A stretch of DNA of 64,000 nt from Bdellovibrionota bacterium. GTDB taxonomy: Bacteria; Bdellovibrionota_C; UBA2361; JBIKUX01. Every line of letters starts with the position of its first letter. Positions within the stretch are counted from its first letter, which is position 1. Of the stretch, positions 48,280 to 58,641 are shown in pieces. Under the pieces are notes generated by a model. The model saw only the letters and a list, made by a program, of their open reading frames with translations. It made no database searches and was not told where the DNA came from. The translations under genes were made by a program, and so were the position numbers. Location of the stretch: assembly GCA_044347345.1 (NCBI GenBank), contig JBIKUX010000002.1, positions 73,235-137,234 on the forward strand. The letters run 5' to 3'.

Positions 48280-50091
48280 CTAATTAGTACGAACTTTGCT
48301 ACGAACCTTTTTAGGCTCATTGTGTAGTTCAGCCATCAAAGAAACAAATCTGGTTAGTACCCCAACCCCAAATCCAGTCGCACCAGACTCTCCTAGCGGA
48401 GTATCTTTTTCAATAAATGCCGAGCCAGCAATGTCTAAATGAGCCCAACGCACACCTGCTGGTATAAATGACTGAATAAAACTTGCCGCTGAACTAGCCC
48501 CACCATACCGAGTGTTTGCCATATTACATATATCAGCTATGCTACTTTTCATCATAGCTCGGTACTCCGCTCCTAATGGCAAACGCCAAAGAAGCTCTCC
48601 AGCCTCCTCACCCGACCTCTGTAAAAGGGTAGCTAGCTCCTCATCTGCCGTAAATAATCCAGCATAAGGAGTACCCAACGCCACCATACATGCCCCAGTA
48701 AGAGTAGCTATATCTACAATAATCTCTGCTCCCTCACGAGCGGCTAGTGTGACAGTATCAGCAAGAATAAGACGACCTTCTGCATCAGTGTTTAGAATCT
48801 CAATCGTTTTACCACTCAAAGATTTAACAACATCTCCTGGACGAGTAGCACAACCACTAACCAGATTCTCACAGGTAGCAACATATGCAACGACTTCTAT
48901 AGGTAACTTTAAGGCTGAAACAAGGTCGATTGCACCAATAACTGCCGCAGCACCTGCCATATCCATCTTCATGTCTTTCATAGAATCAGCAGGCTTTAAG
49001 GAATAACCTCCACTATCGAAAGTTATTCCCTTACCAACCAACGCAATTTTAGGCCCTCGTGGCTTCTGTGACCGATATGTTTGTGGACTGTATGAAAGAG
49101 AAACGATAAATCCAGGCTCATCACTTCCGCGAGATACAGCAAGAAATGAACCTGCTCCAATGGTTTTAAGCCTTTTTTCATCACGAACCACCAGCCTTAA
49201 ATTACGCTTTCGAGCTACCTCACGACACTGATTAACAATAGCAGTTGGAGTGCTGTCACATGGGGCTAAATTTACTAAAGTTCTGGCAATACTATAAGCA
49301 CGATCATAATTAGCGATTTTACTACCTACGGAATTAAGAGAGTGTTTTAAATCTATAAACCGTAAAGTCTTAATAGACTCTTGTTGTGGACGAAGAGGCT
49401 GTTTGCTTGAGGTAATAGCATTCTTTTTTGTGGTAGCAGTTATCTGTTCATCTTTTTTTAACGAACGATATTGCGTAAATTTATATCTACGACGGACAAC
49501 GCCTTCACAAAAAGATTCCACGAAATGCGGTTCATGCTGAAATACCTCAGGCAAATAAACTGCACACTCTCCTTCCTGATAAATTTGAGCAATTCGAGCA
49601 CACTCCCCTCCCCACATCCTTACCATGCGAGAAATTAGGTTCTTTTTATCAAGTAACGAACTAATGTCAGTATTACTTGTCGAATCATCCCACCAAACTA
49701 ATCCAAGGCGAAAATGTCCAGTATCAAGCACAGTAGCTTTAGCTTGAACACCCGACAATTCAGCAGAAGAACCATCAGAATGAATATTTTTCCCAAATCT
49801 CAGTAGTACTTTTTTGGCGTCACCATTAAATATATTATCAAGTAACAACAATATAGAAGATTGAGAACGCGACTTAGGATTACTCAGTACCTTTATTAAG
49901 CTGGTCGGTATTACACAAAATAAATAAGACGGTAGACTCTCGGAAGAGGTTTGCGATGTTAGTGTTATAGAATCGAGGAATTTCATACTCAAATAATACG
50001 AGAGATTTAACTCTGCCACAATAACGTGTTGTTGGCGGAACAATACAAGATCATTAATAATCTTGTGGTGACAAGATAAAATATTTATCAA
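48280..50091 (-). CDS. pepA: Leucyl aminopeptidase (M17) with long divergent N-terminus
   Basis: GKGITFDSGG, MKMDMAG, NTDAEGRL, ATLTGA, HLDIAG. Confidence 0.92.
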   Translation of the reverse strand: MINILSCHHKIINDLVLFRQQHVIVAELNLSYYLSMKFLDSITLTSQTSSESLPSYLFCVIPTSLIKVLSNPKSRSQSSILLLLDNIFNGDAKKVLLRFGKNIHSDGSSAELSGVQAKATVLDTGHFRLGLVWWDDSTSNTDISSLLDKKNLISRMVRMWGGECARIAQIYQEGECAVYLPEVFQHEPHFVESFCEGVVRRRYKFTQYRSLKKDEQITATTKKNAITSSKQPLRPQQESIKTLRFIDLKHSLNSVGSKIANYDRAYSIARTLVNLAPCDSTPTAIVNQCREVARKRNLRLVVRDEKRLKTIGAGSFLAVSRGSDEPGFIVSLSYSPQTYRSQKPRGPKIALVGKGITFDSGGYSLKPADSMKDMKMDMAGAAAVIGAIDLVSALKLPIEVVAYVATCENLVSGCATRPGDVVKSLSGKTIEILNTDAEGRLILADTVTLAAREGAEIIVDIATLTGACMVALGTPYAGLFTADEELATLLQRSGEEAGELLWRLPLGAEYRAMMKSSIADICNMANTRYGGASSAASFIQSFIPAGVRWAHLDIAGSAFIEKDTPLGESGATGFGVGVLTRFVSLMAELHNEPKKVRSKVRTN

Positions 50092-50166
50092 AACTTAAGC
50101 TTAAGCGTATTGGGAGTATAACCGAGGAGATATGTTAGGAATATACATTGCGCCCGGAGGGGGATA

Positions 50167-51540
50167 GTGGCAAAAAGGGACATGGTTATTCTCCACGACT
50201 TTTTAGAGTCGTCGAGAGAACTAGGCGAAATCCTGCATAAAAACGGATTGACGACTCGTTTTGCGTCAATGGGACGAGACGAAATAAAAGAAAAAAGACT
50301 TTCTAATCCTATCTTTTTTGCACAACTTGCTGGTGACGAAAGTACCGTTAAACAAAGAGTCTCAGACATTGCCCAAATAAAGCACCTTCACCCTTACCCG
50401 GTCATTATACTTGGGCCAAAAGTTCAGCAATTTAGCTCTCTTCTTTCCCATTTTTTCAAACATTCACTTGCAATCGATACTCCGTTTACACCCGATAATG
50501 TTCTCGATGCCATCAAGAAAATCGAAACTCTTGAGCATCCTGATGCCATCAACAAAAATCTGCAAAATAAGCAAGAACAATCTAACTTCATTAACTTCTT
50601 CACTACAGTCCACAAATTTACTTCGATTCAGCAACAAAATCTGGGTGGTAGTTTGTATATTCTTGCCAGTGCTCCAGAAAATATAGCTGATCAAAAATAC
50701 TTACCAAAAAACGATGAAGTACTAGAAGCACTTAAAATTTTAACTTCTATCGCTAATAAGCATGATATAGCTCATATCCACCGAACAGCCTTTGCCTCAA
50801 ACAGTATTATTAATGCTCTTGATCCAAAACCACAAAAATTAGAAGAAGCAAGAGTAGCGGCATTACTGCATGCTTGGTCTCTCCTAGACGATAGTCGCCT
50901 CACACGAATTGATTACTCAAATCCAAAAATATCCGATGTACGTAAACAAATTTCTGAGCGAATAGAAAAAAGTGCCGTAAAGATCGCCGAAGAATTAAAG
51001 TTATCTGGCGCTGCCTCAATTGTCTCAACACTAGCGCGAATCGTTGGTGATCAGGTTATCAAGTCTGATGATGAGAACTCTCTTCTTGCATCTTGTATAT
51101 TTGCGGCTGACCTAATAGATCGAACGTGTTGGCAATCTGGCTCTTGGGATCCAGGCTCTGCTTACCGAATACTGATAAAATGTAAAGTAGGTACCCTTGG
51201 AGCGATTCCTCCACAAATAGTTAGTTGCGTCCTTAAACTTATGCTTGAAGCTGTTGAATCTACGGCACCACAAAGAATGCTTCCAAGGTCAGTGAGCACA
51301 AATCAGGAGCTCCTGACTAAAGCGGAAGAATACACCAAATCGCCATTAACTGATGATGAAAAAAGAGTTTTTTTATCCGCTTTAGCTCCAGGCATGAAAC
51401 TTAAGCGACCACTTGAAGCTTTTGATGGAAAAATTTTGATTCCACAAGACGTTGTGCTCGACGTCGATATGATATGGCGTATTTGGAGTCTATCCGCTGT
51501 TCGCGCATTAAATACTCCGCTTGTAGTAGAAAACTTTTAG
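50167..51540 (+). CDS. Degenerate receiver / HD-like signalling protein
   Basis: Receiver-like N-terminus, HIHRTA...AALLHAW (HD-like), C-terminal LAPGMKLKRPL...GKILIP module seen with HD-GYP proteins. Confidence 0.55.
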   Translation: MAKRDMVILHDFLESSRELGEILHKNGLTTRFASMGRDEIKEKRLSNPIFFAQLAGDESTVKQRVSDIAQIKHLHPYPVIILGPKVQQFSSLLSHFFKHSLAIDTPFTPDNVLDAIKKIETLEHPDAINKNLQNKQEQSNFINFFTTVHKFTSIQQQNLGGSLYILASAPENIADQKYLPKNDEVLEALKILTSIANKHDIAHIHRTAFASNSIINALDPKPQKLEEARVAALLHAWSLLDDSRLTRIDYSNPKISDVRKQISERIEKSAVKIAEELKLSGAASIVSTLARIVGDQVIKSDDENSLLASCIFAADLIDRTCWQSGSWDPGSAYRILIKCKVGTLGAIPPQIVSCVLKLMLEAVESTAPQRMLPRSVSTNQELLTKAEEYTKSPLTDDEKRVFLSALAPGMKLKRPLEAFDGKILIPQDVVLDVDMIWRIWSLSAVRALNTPLVVENF

Positions 51541-51551
51541 TTGGCTAACTG

Positions 51552-52442
51552 TTACACCGTACTACTGTTAACAATGTACTTTAATCCTTCCCTAAACGAT
51601 GGATATTTAAGTTCGGTTGTTAATAAATCTTGGAGTAGCTGAGTACTAACTCTTTGTGAACCAAGTAAAGAAGCCATCCCCAAACCTTTTTGCTTTGCTT
51701 CTTCAATAGAAATAATCTCAGGAATAGGCAAATTTAGCTCTCGGCAGTAAGCTTCAATTACTTCATTAATCGGCGTTGGCAACCTATCGGCTGCATTAAT
51801 TATTGGTGGTAAGTCACCATCAATTACAAAGCACAGTTCATAAAGAATATTTGAAAGATCCTCTACGTGAATCCTATTACTCCAACGATTATCATTAATA
51901 CGGGGAAAACTACCTCTCTTTAATGCTTGATGTAACCCACGTTCAAGGCCATAAATGGCGGCAGGACGCACCACCGTAACACGATTACTTCTCCTATTAT
52001 CGCGAAGCTTTAAGTATGCTTGTTCTACAGTAACCCTTGCTACTAGACGTGATTGAAGAGGTTTTACTAAAATTGTCTCATCAACCCAGCTTCCATCCAC
52101 TCTTTCGTACACTCCAGTAGTACTTAAATACAGCAATGTACTAAGAGAATTGCGATGAAAATAATCGACTAGAACTTCAGCATATCCAGCAGAATAATTC
52201 TCAGGCGGAGGTATACTATCGACTACCTTATTAATAGTGGGATATTCACGCAAAAGCGACGCCAATTCATTTGGGGAAGAAATAGTCACTCCTAAGCTAT
52301 TGTTACGAGTGAACCTACGAGCTTTCAATGGATCACGAGTAGTTATCAGTACCGAAACATCAGGTTTTTTTTTCTCTAGGTCACACAATAAACACTCTAA
52401 AGTGTAGCCACCTCCTAATAGCAGTAAAGAAGGATCTTTCAT
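51552..52442 (-). CDS. Atypical SDR / NAD-dependent epimerase family (YeeZ-like)
   Basis: LGGGYT, YLSTTGVY...G.WVDE, IYG, NRIHVED, LKYPSFREGL. Confidence 0.85.
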   Translation of the reverse strand: MKDPSLLLLGGGYTLECLLCDLEKKKPDVSVLITTRDPLKARRFTRNNSLGVTISSPNELASLLREYPTINKVVDSIPPPENYSAGYAEVLVDYFHRNSLSTLLYLSTTGVYERVDGSWVDETILVKPLQSRLVARVTVEQAYLKLRDNRRSNRVTVVRPAAIYGLERGLHQALKRGSFPRINDNRWSNRIHVEDLSNILYELCFVIDGDLPPIINAADRLPTPINEVIEAYCRELNLPIPEIISIEEAKQKGLGMASLLGSQRVSTQLLQDLLTTELKYPSFREGLKYIVNSSTV

Positions 52443-52462
52443 GGTTTTTTCTGATAAAATTT

Positions 52463-53488
52463 CTAATTCGGCGATAAAAATGACTGCCTAAGATTAAAAG
52501 TACTATGCGACTTACTAATAAGTTGTTCAGCCTCGCTAAAATTAAGAGTTTGCTGTCCATCCGATTTAGCTCGCTCTGGTATTGGATGAATTTCGGCAAG
52601 AATACCATCTGCTCCTGCCATGATAGCCGCTAAACTAATAGCTTCGACAAATCGTCTTGTTCCAACACCGTGAGACGGGTCGACAATAACAGGCAAATGA
52701 CTTTTTTCTTTAAGTACAGGTATAGCATTTATATCGAGAGTATTACGATAGGCCGTTTCATAAGTACGAATACCTCTTTCACATAATAAAATTCGCTCAT
52801 TTCCATTTGAGAATATGTACTCTGCTGACTGAAGTAATTCCTCTATTGTTCCAGACATGCCTCTTTTCAGCAAAACAGGTAATCGGCTTTTTCCTAACTC
52901 ATGGAGTAAACTAAAATTTTGCGAATTTCGCGCCCCAACCTGAAAAATATCAATAAATGATTCCATAATTCCAACTTGTGAGGGCTCAAGAACTTCAGAT
53001 ATTACCTTGAGATTAAAACGATCAGCCACTGAACGTAAAAGCTCAAGCCCTTCTACTCCCATGCCTTGAAAGGAATAAGGTGAAGAACGTGGCTTAAAAG
53101 CTCCTCCTCGTAAAATATGCACGCCCTGACTGCTTATAAACTTGGCGACTTCGACTAACTGCTCCTCGCTCTCAACTGAACAAGGGCCAAGCATCAGAGT
53201 AAAACTACCTTCTCCTATACTTTGACTAATACCAATATCAATTATTGTTGGGTTAACTCGCCATTTCCGCGATACAAGCTGATAAGGATCATCCACAATG
53301 AAGACATCTAACACCCCTGGGAGTACTCCAATTTGACGAATATCAAAATTCTTGAGATTACCAAGAGCTACAAGATAACATCCAGAGTTTGTACGCACAG
53401 AACGAGCCGATAATCCGAATTCAGCTAACAATTCTCGTACTCGTTCTTCTTGTTCAAAAGATGCATCTGAATTTAATAAAATTATCAT
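52463..53488 (-). CDS. aroF: DAHP synthase, type I-beta with N-terminal regulatory domain
   Basis: GPCSVES, RGGAFKPRSSPYSFQG, QVGARN, CERGIRT, DPSH, SDG. Confidence 0.93.
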   Translation of the reverse strand: MIILLNSDASFEQEERVRELLAEFGLSARSVRTNSGCYLVALGNLKNFDIRQIGVLPGVLDVFIVDDPYQLVSRKWRVNPTIIDIGISQSIGEGSFTLMLGPCSVESEEQLVEVAKFISSQGVHILRGGAFKPRSSPYSFQGMGVEGLELLRSVADRFNLKVISEVLEPSQVGIMESFIDIFQVGARNSQNFSLLHELGKSRLPVLLKRGMSGTIEELLQSAEYIFSNGNERILLCERGIRTYETAYRNTLDINAIPVLKEKSHLPVIVDPSHGVGTRRFVEAISLAAIMAGADGILAEIHPIPERAKSDGQQTLNFSEAEQLISKSHSTFNLRQSFLSPN

Positions 53489-53509
53489 ACACAGTTAAAT
53501 TAATTGTAA

Positions 53510-54298
53510 TCAGTGCCTATTTGTTAAAGGATTTCTTTCTTTTACAAACTTCTCAATCATCTCGATATTCGCGCCATGAGCTTCAAGCTGTCTTATAAAG
53601 GCACTACCAATAACAACGCCCTCTGCAACTGAAAATACAGCTTGAACCTGCTCTCGTTCACTAATTCCAAATCCCACCAATCTAGTGACATTAGGAGCAC
53701 AACAAGATACTCGCTCCATATATTCAAACTCTCGAGTAGACAAAACAAAACTCCCACCCGTTACGCCAAAGGATGATACTAAGTATAACAGACCAGGAGA
53801 AATATCAGCATATTCCCTTATACGTTCATTACTGGTAGTCGGACTAACTATTGGTACAATAGGCAACCTATCTTTCACCAATATTTCACTGTACGAACGT
53901 TTGAATTCTTCTAACGGCAAATCTGGAAGAATAACCCCATCAACTCCAGCACTCATCGAATCATCGGCAAACCGACCTACACCGTACTGATAAACAGTGT
54001 TAATACTTCCCATTAAAAGTATTGGTGTTTGATGACGTAAACGAAAAGAAATTACCGAGTCTAATATTTGTGACAAAGTCACTCCATTACTTATCGCTCG
54101 GTTACTACTAGCCTGAATAGTCGGGCCATCTGCTATTGGATCAGAAAAAGGCATTCCTAGTTCAATTAAATCAACTCCAGAATTAGCTAAAGCAGACAGT
54201 ACCGTAAGTGTATCATTTAAATTAGGAAATCCAGCCGTATAAAAAACAGAAAAGATCTTGGGCAGTTTTAAAATATTAGAGAGTCTATCAGATGGCAT
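53510..54298 (-). CDS. trpA: Tryptophan synthase alpha chain
   Basis: ELGMPFSDPIADGPTIQ, GVTG, VGFGI, VIGSAF. Confidence 0.96.
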   Translation of the reverse strand: MPSDRLSNILKLPKIFSVFYTAGFPNLNDTLTVLSALANSGVDLIELGMPFSDPIADGPTIQASSNRAISNGVTLSQILDSVISFRLRHQTPILLMGSINTVYQYGVGRFADDSMSAGVDGVILPDLPLEEFKRSYSEILVKDRLPIVPIVSPTTSNERIREYADISPGLLYLVSSFGVTGGSFVLSTREFEYMERVSCCAPNVTRLVGFGISEREQVQAVFSVAEGVVIGSAFIRQLEAHGANIEMIEKFVKERNPLTNRH

Positions 54299-54306
54299 AT
54301 TGGCTA

Positions 54307-55503
54307 TTATTTCTCCAAGTTATTTTCAAAATGAGAAAGATAGGTCTGCATATCTTTCTCACCATCACCGCTCAAGCAAAGTACTATAACTTCATCACTA
54401 TGGCGCGGGACTTTTGGTAAATAAGCCAAAGCATGCGCAGTTTCAAGAGCCGGAATTATTCCTTCCAGTTTTGCCAAAAGTGCCGCTGCTGAAAGAGCTT
54501 CATTATCTGTTACCGACACATACTTTACTCTTTCTGTAGCATGAAGATAAGCATGCTGCGGGCCTATACCAGGATAATCAAGACCAGCTGAAATAGAATG
54601 AGCTTCTTCAATTTGCCCATCACTTGTTTGCATAACAACAGTTTTACATCCATGAAGAATCCCCACCTTACCTAAAGCAAGAGTAGCGGCAGACTTGCCG
54701 GATTCTACTCCCTCTCCAGCTGCCTCAACTCCTATTAGACGAACGGAACTATCATCAATAAAATGGTAAAATGCTCCAATGGCATTACTACCACCTCCAA
54801 CACAAGCTATAACTGTGTCAGGAGTAGTTCGTCCTATTTGGCTCTCTAATTGAGAGCCAATTTCCTTACTAATTACAGATTGAAAGTGAGCTACCATTTC
54901 AGGAAAAGGATGAGGACCTACGGCAGATCCTATTATGTAATGAGTATCAATTGGATTAGCAATCCAATCACGCATTGCTTCATTAGTGGCATCCTTTAAA
55001 GTACGACTTCCACTTGTAACAGGAATCACATTAGCTCCAAGAAGACGCATTTTTCTAACATTTGGAGATTGTCGGGCAATATCGACTTCTCCCATGTAAA
55101 TGTTGCATTCAACGCCCATTCGAGCACATACTGTAGCTGTAGCTACTCCATGCTGCCCAGCTCCTGTTTCCGCGATTATCCTGGTTTTTCCAAGATGCCT
55201 TGCCAGCAGTATTTGACCAACTGTATTATTAATCTTATGAGCTCCAGTATGATTAAGATCTTCTCGTTTAAGATAAATCTTACCCTTAACTACAGAGGAA
55301 AGACGTGGTGCAAAATAAAGGGGTGAGGGACGTCCTACAAAGTCACGTAACAGCTCGTTAAATTCCTGAAGAAAACTTGGCTGAGTAATAATTGACGAGT
55401 AACAATCTTGTAAATCTTTAACTGGTTTATGAAGCATCTCAGGTATAAAAGCTCCCCCAAATTCTCCGTAATAACCGTCATCAGAAACGCTACTAGTTGA
55501 CAT
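54307..55503 (-). CDS. trpB: Tryptophan synthase beta chain
   Basis: [30 protein letters not shown]. Confidence 0.97.
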   Translation of the reverse strand: MSTSSVSDDGYYGEFGGAFIPEMLHKPVKDLQDCYSSIITQPSFLQEFNELLRDFVGRPSPLYFAPRLSSVVKGKIYLKREDLNHTGAHKINNTVGQILLARHLGKTRIIAETGAGQHGVATATVCARMGVECNIYMGEVDIARQSPNVRKMRLLGANVIPVTSGSRTLKDATNEAMRDWIANPIDTHYIIGSAVGPHPFPEMVAHFQSVISKEIGSQLESQIGRTTPDTVIACVGGGSNAIGAFYHFIDDSSVRLIGVEAAGEGVESGKSAATLALGKVGILHGCKTVVMQTSDGQIEEAHSISAGLDYPGIGPQHAYLHATERVKYVSVTDNEALSAAALLAKLEGIIPALETAHALAYLPKVPRHSDEVIVLCLSGDGEKDMQTYLSHFENNLEK

Positions 55504-55534
55504 AATCTGGGCTCCTTATCTCAATCTTGTTACT

Positions 55535-56194
55535 CTATCGCGTATTTTTGATCACTGCTTCAAACAAACGACGCACAGATTCAGAATCTTTAACTCCTGG
55601 TGAAGCTTCTACGCCACTACTAATATCAAACCCAATTAGCTGGGGATGAATAAAAGAAAATATCTCATCAATTAAATCAATCTTAATACCACCACTCAGA
55701 AAAAATCCTTTAGTGCCGGTATAATATTTCAAAAGCTCCCAATCAAATACCGCACCACTTCCACCTCTTTTTGGTGTTGGAGTATCGAAAAGAAGATACG
55801 ACACTGAGTTATCATATTCATAAGCCTTTTGAACAACCGAAATACTCTCAGCAGAAATAGCTTTTATTAAAGTGAGATGAGGATGCCTTTCTTTTAGAGA
55901 ATTACAAAAGGCTGGACTTTCATCACCATGAAGTTGCACACCATCTATACCAAGTCTAACAACTTCATCGACTTGATTTAAAGAAGGATTAACAAGAACT
56001 GCGATAAGAGCCACGGCTCCTCGAGGTATAACTGACAAAGCTTCCAGTTGCTGAGTAGTAATTGATCGTGGTGACGGAGGATAAATAACTACTCCTACAG
56101 CCCAAGGACTATAAGAAACTACACAAGCTAAATCCTGAGGCAGACTAATTCCACATACTTTAACTTTCAATGTGTTTACACCAATTCCGTCCAC
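55535..56194 (-). CDS. trpF: Phosphoribosylanthranilate isomerase
   Basis: KVKVCGI, VQLHGDE, GGSG..FDW, DISSGVE..PG.KD. Confidence 0.93.
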   Translation of the reverse strand: MDGIGVNTLKVKVCGISLPQDLACVVSYSPWAVGVVIYPPSPRSITTQQLEALSVIPRGAVALIAVLVNPSLNQVDEVVRLGIDGVQLHGDESPAFCNSLKERHPHLTLIKAISAESISVVQKAYEYDNSVSYLLFDTPTPKRGGSGAVFDWELLKYYTGTKGFFLSGGIKIDLIDEIFSFIHPQLIGFDISSGVEASPGVKDSESVRRLFEAVIKNTR

Positions 56195-57003
56195 TAGCTT
56201 TGCCCGTGAATAAGTCTAAGCTGGGAAATGTACGATCGACACGCTTGAGCAGGATTAGCATGCATCATAAACGCCTCCCCTATTAGAAAACCCGAAAATC
56301 CATGTTGGCGAAGTTGGCTTACTACCTTTGGATCACGTAAACCACTCTCGCTAATTGTCATTATGCTTTTCGGAATTTTTGATCTTAGTAAGAACGACCT
56401 ATCAACATCGACAGAAAAATCTTTTAAATCTCGATTATTAATACCAACTAAATCGATGTCGCTATCGATGTACTCGAGCTCAGTTTCGGAATGAATCTCA
56501 AGCAATATTTCTAACCCTAAGGAACGAGCTAACTTTGCAAACCGTCTTACTTGCTCTACTGAAAGAGCGGCCGCAATAAGCAAGATTACATCAGCACCAA
56601 AAGCTCTTGCTTCAATAATCTGATACTCGTCAATTATAAAATCCTTACGAAGGATTGGACAAAAATTATAGCGGCGAGTCGTAACTAAATCTTCTAGAGA
56701 GCCGCTAAAATATTGCGGTTCAGTTAAAATCGAAAGAGCTGATGCGCCTGCTTGCATGTATCCAAGCGATAACTCAGCCACATTACAAAATTCATTAATC
56801 ATGCCCTTAGAGGGCGATTTACGCTTTATTTCAGCAATAATTCCAACTAAATCTGATCTTTGAAGATACTTCTTCAAAGATACAGTTGGTGCTTGAAAAT
56901 GAGAGCTTTGCTCAAGTTTCTTTATTGGAGTTACCTCTATTTCCTTATTTACTCTGGCTCTTGTAGAAGCAAGGATGGAATCTAAGATACTTGGCATCAT
57001 CAC
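56194..57003 (-). CDS. trpC: Indole-3-glycerol phosphate synthase
   Basis: IAEIKRKSPSKG, LRKDFIID.YQ, GINNRDL, SESG. Confidence 0.96.
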   Translation of the reverse strand: MMMPSILDSILASTRARVNKEIEVTPIKKLEQSSHFQAPTVSLKKYLQRSDLVGIIAEIKRKSPSKGMINEFCNVAELSLGYMQAGASALSILTEPQYFSGSLEDLVTTRRYNFCPILRKDFIIDEYQIIEARAFGADVILLIAAALSVEQVRRFAKLARSLGLEILLEIHSETELEYIDSDIDLVGINNRDLKDFSVDVDRSFLLRSKIPKSIMTISESGLRDPKVVSQLRQHGFSGFLIGEAFMMHANPAQACRSYISQLRLIHGQS

Positions 57004-57046
57004 ATCATCACTCCATTTATGTAAAAAATTAAGATATTAAATAACT

Positions 57047-58072
57047 TTACCGGCTTCTTAAATTATTCAAAAGTTCAGCAGCTATACCAGATGACAAAAT
57101 CTTCTTAACTTCTAGCACCCCTTCTAATGGCGAAGAAACCGCTTCAGCTACATAAAGCCCCACTCCCGCGTTAGCACAAATTACGGCGTTTTGGGCTGTT
57201 GAGCCGTTTCCTGAAAGCAATGCTTTAAGCAAATTAGCGTTTGAAATAGAATCATGACCCCCTTTTAATTCATTAAATGGTACTACTTCAAGCCCAATAT
57301 CCTCAGGAGTGTACACTCGATTGATACCGTTCCACGCAAGTGAAAAAGGTCCGCTAAGTGTGATATCGTCACATCCATCATGTGACCACACCACAGCCTC
57401 CTTTCTCCCAGTATAAGCTAAACGTCTACGAAACAAATCAAAGTACTCCGAAGTAGCCACCCCAATTAGACCTTTAGTAGTACAAAGAGGATTTAATAGT
57501 GGTCCAAGCAAATTAAAAACAGTGCGAATTTTAAGCATTTTACGCACACCAGCTATTTTCTTTAAGGCTGGCTGAAAAAATGGAGCGTGAAGATAGGCAA
57601 AATTATGACTAATAATACAATTTTCTATAGCTTCTTGGTTTGTGGGGAAAAATAGCCCAAGCGCCTCAAGGACATCGGAAGATCCGCATGCCGATGAAAA
57701 ACCGTAATTTCCATGCTTAGCTACTGGCGTTCCAGAAGAAGCAATGATTAGTGCAGCGGCTGTTGAAATATTAAAGGTATCTTTACCTGCTCCACCGGTA
57801 CCACAAATATCCATTACCCGACTAATCATTGTATGAGGAAGTACAAGTGCGTTTAATCCCAAGTGAGCTGCACGAAGCCCCGAAAGAACTTCCTCAAAAT
57901 TTATCAATTCTCTAACGGTAAACTTACGAAATGATAAAGCAGTTAAAATTGAGGCGCATACCTCAGGAGAAGTTTCAGAAGCTAATAGAATATGCATTAC
58001 CTCCCTCGCCTCACTCGAGGAAAAAGGCTCTTTCTCTAGCACTCTCTTGATAACTGCAGAAAACATCAACAA
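57047..58072 (-). CDS. trpD: Anthranilate phosphoribosyltransferase
   Basis: CGTGG.G, FNIST, KHGN, GSSDVLE, RTVFNLLGPL.NP. Confidence 0.95.
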   Translation of the reverse strand: MLMFSAVIKRVLEKEPFSSSEAREVMHILLASETSPEVCASILTALSFRKFTVRELINFEEVLSGLRAAHLGLNALVLPHTMISRVMDICGTGGAGKDTFNISTAAALIIASSGTPVAKHGNYGFSSACGSSDVLEALGLFFPTNQEAIENCIISHNFAYLHAPFFQPALKKIAGVRKMLKIRTVFNLLGPLLNPLCTTKGLIGVATSEYFDLFRRRLAYTGRKEAVVWSHDGCDDITLSGPFSLAWNGINRVYTPEDIGLEVVPFNELKGGHDSISNANLLKALLSGNGSTAQNAVICANAGVGLYVAEAVSSPLEGVLEVKKILSSGIAAELLNNLRSR

Positions 58073-58641
58073 TTACCCCAATTTTTTAAGATTGTGGCAC
58101 CGCGCAGAGTCAGAACTGATTCGGGATGAAATTGCACTCCCCAAACGCGATATTCTCGATGACGAAAAGCCATAAGGCGCCCCGCTTCATCTGAAGCAGT
58201 TGGAATTAATGCAGAAGGCAGAGACTGCATATCAACAACCCAAGAATGGTATCGTCCAGAAATAAATCCATTTTCGATACTATGAAATAGTGGATCTGCT
58301 GAATCAAGAATATTTGTAGCAATACCTAAACCATGGCATACTTCAGGCATATTATATAATGTAGCTCCAAATACTTCACCAATACATTGATGACCAAGAC
58401 ATACTCCCAGTATTTTTTTTTCAGCAAAAAATTTACGTACTATCTCAGGCATAATACCAGCTTGAGATGGAACACCTGGGCCAGGTGATAGAACAATGTT
58501 ATTGTATCGACTAACTTCGTTTAACGATATTTCATCATTTCGAAATACATCTACTTCTTCTCCGGTAACATCTTTGTAGAGATGAACCAAGTTATAAGTA
58601 AATGAATCGTAATTATCGATAATAATTGTCTGAGGCCTCAT
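58066..58641 (-). CDS. trpG: Anthranilate synthase component II
   Basis: IDNYDSFTYNL, SPGPG, GVCLGHQ, QFHPES. Confidence 0.95.
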   Translation of the reverse strand: MRPQTIIIDNYDSFTYNLVHLYKDVTGEEVDVFRNDEISLNEVSRYNNIVLSPGPGVPSQAGIMPEIVRKFFAEKKILGVCLGHQCIGEVFGATLYNMPEVCHGLGIATNILDSADPLFHSIENGFISGRYHSWVVDMQSLPSALIPTASDEAGRLMAFRHREYRVWGVQFHPESVLTLRGATILKNWGNC

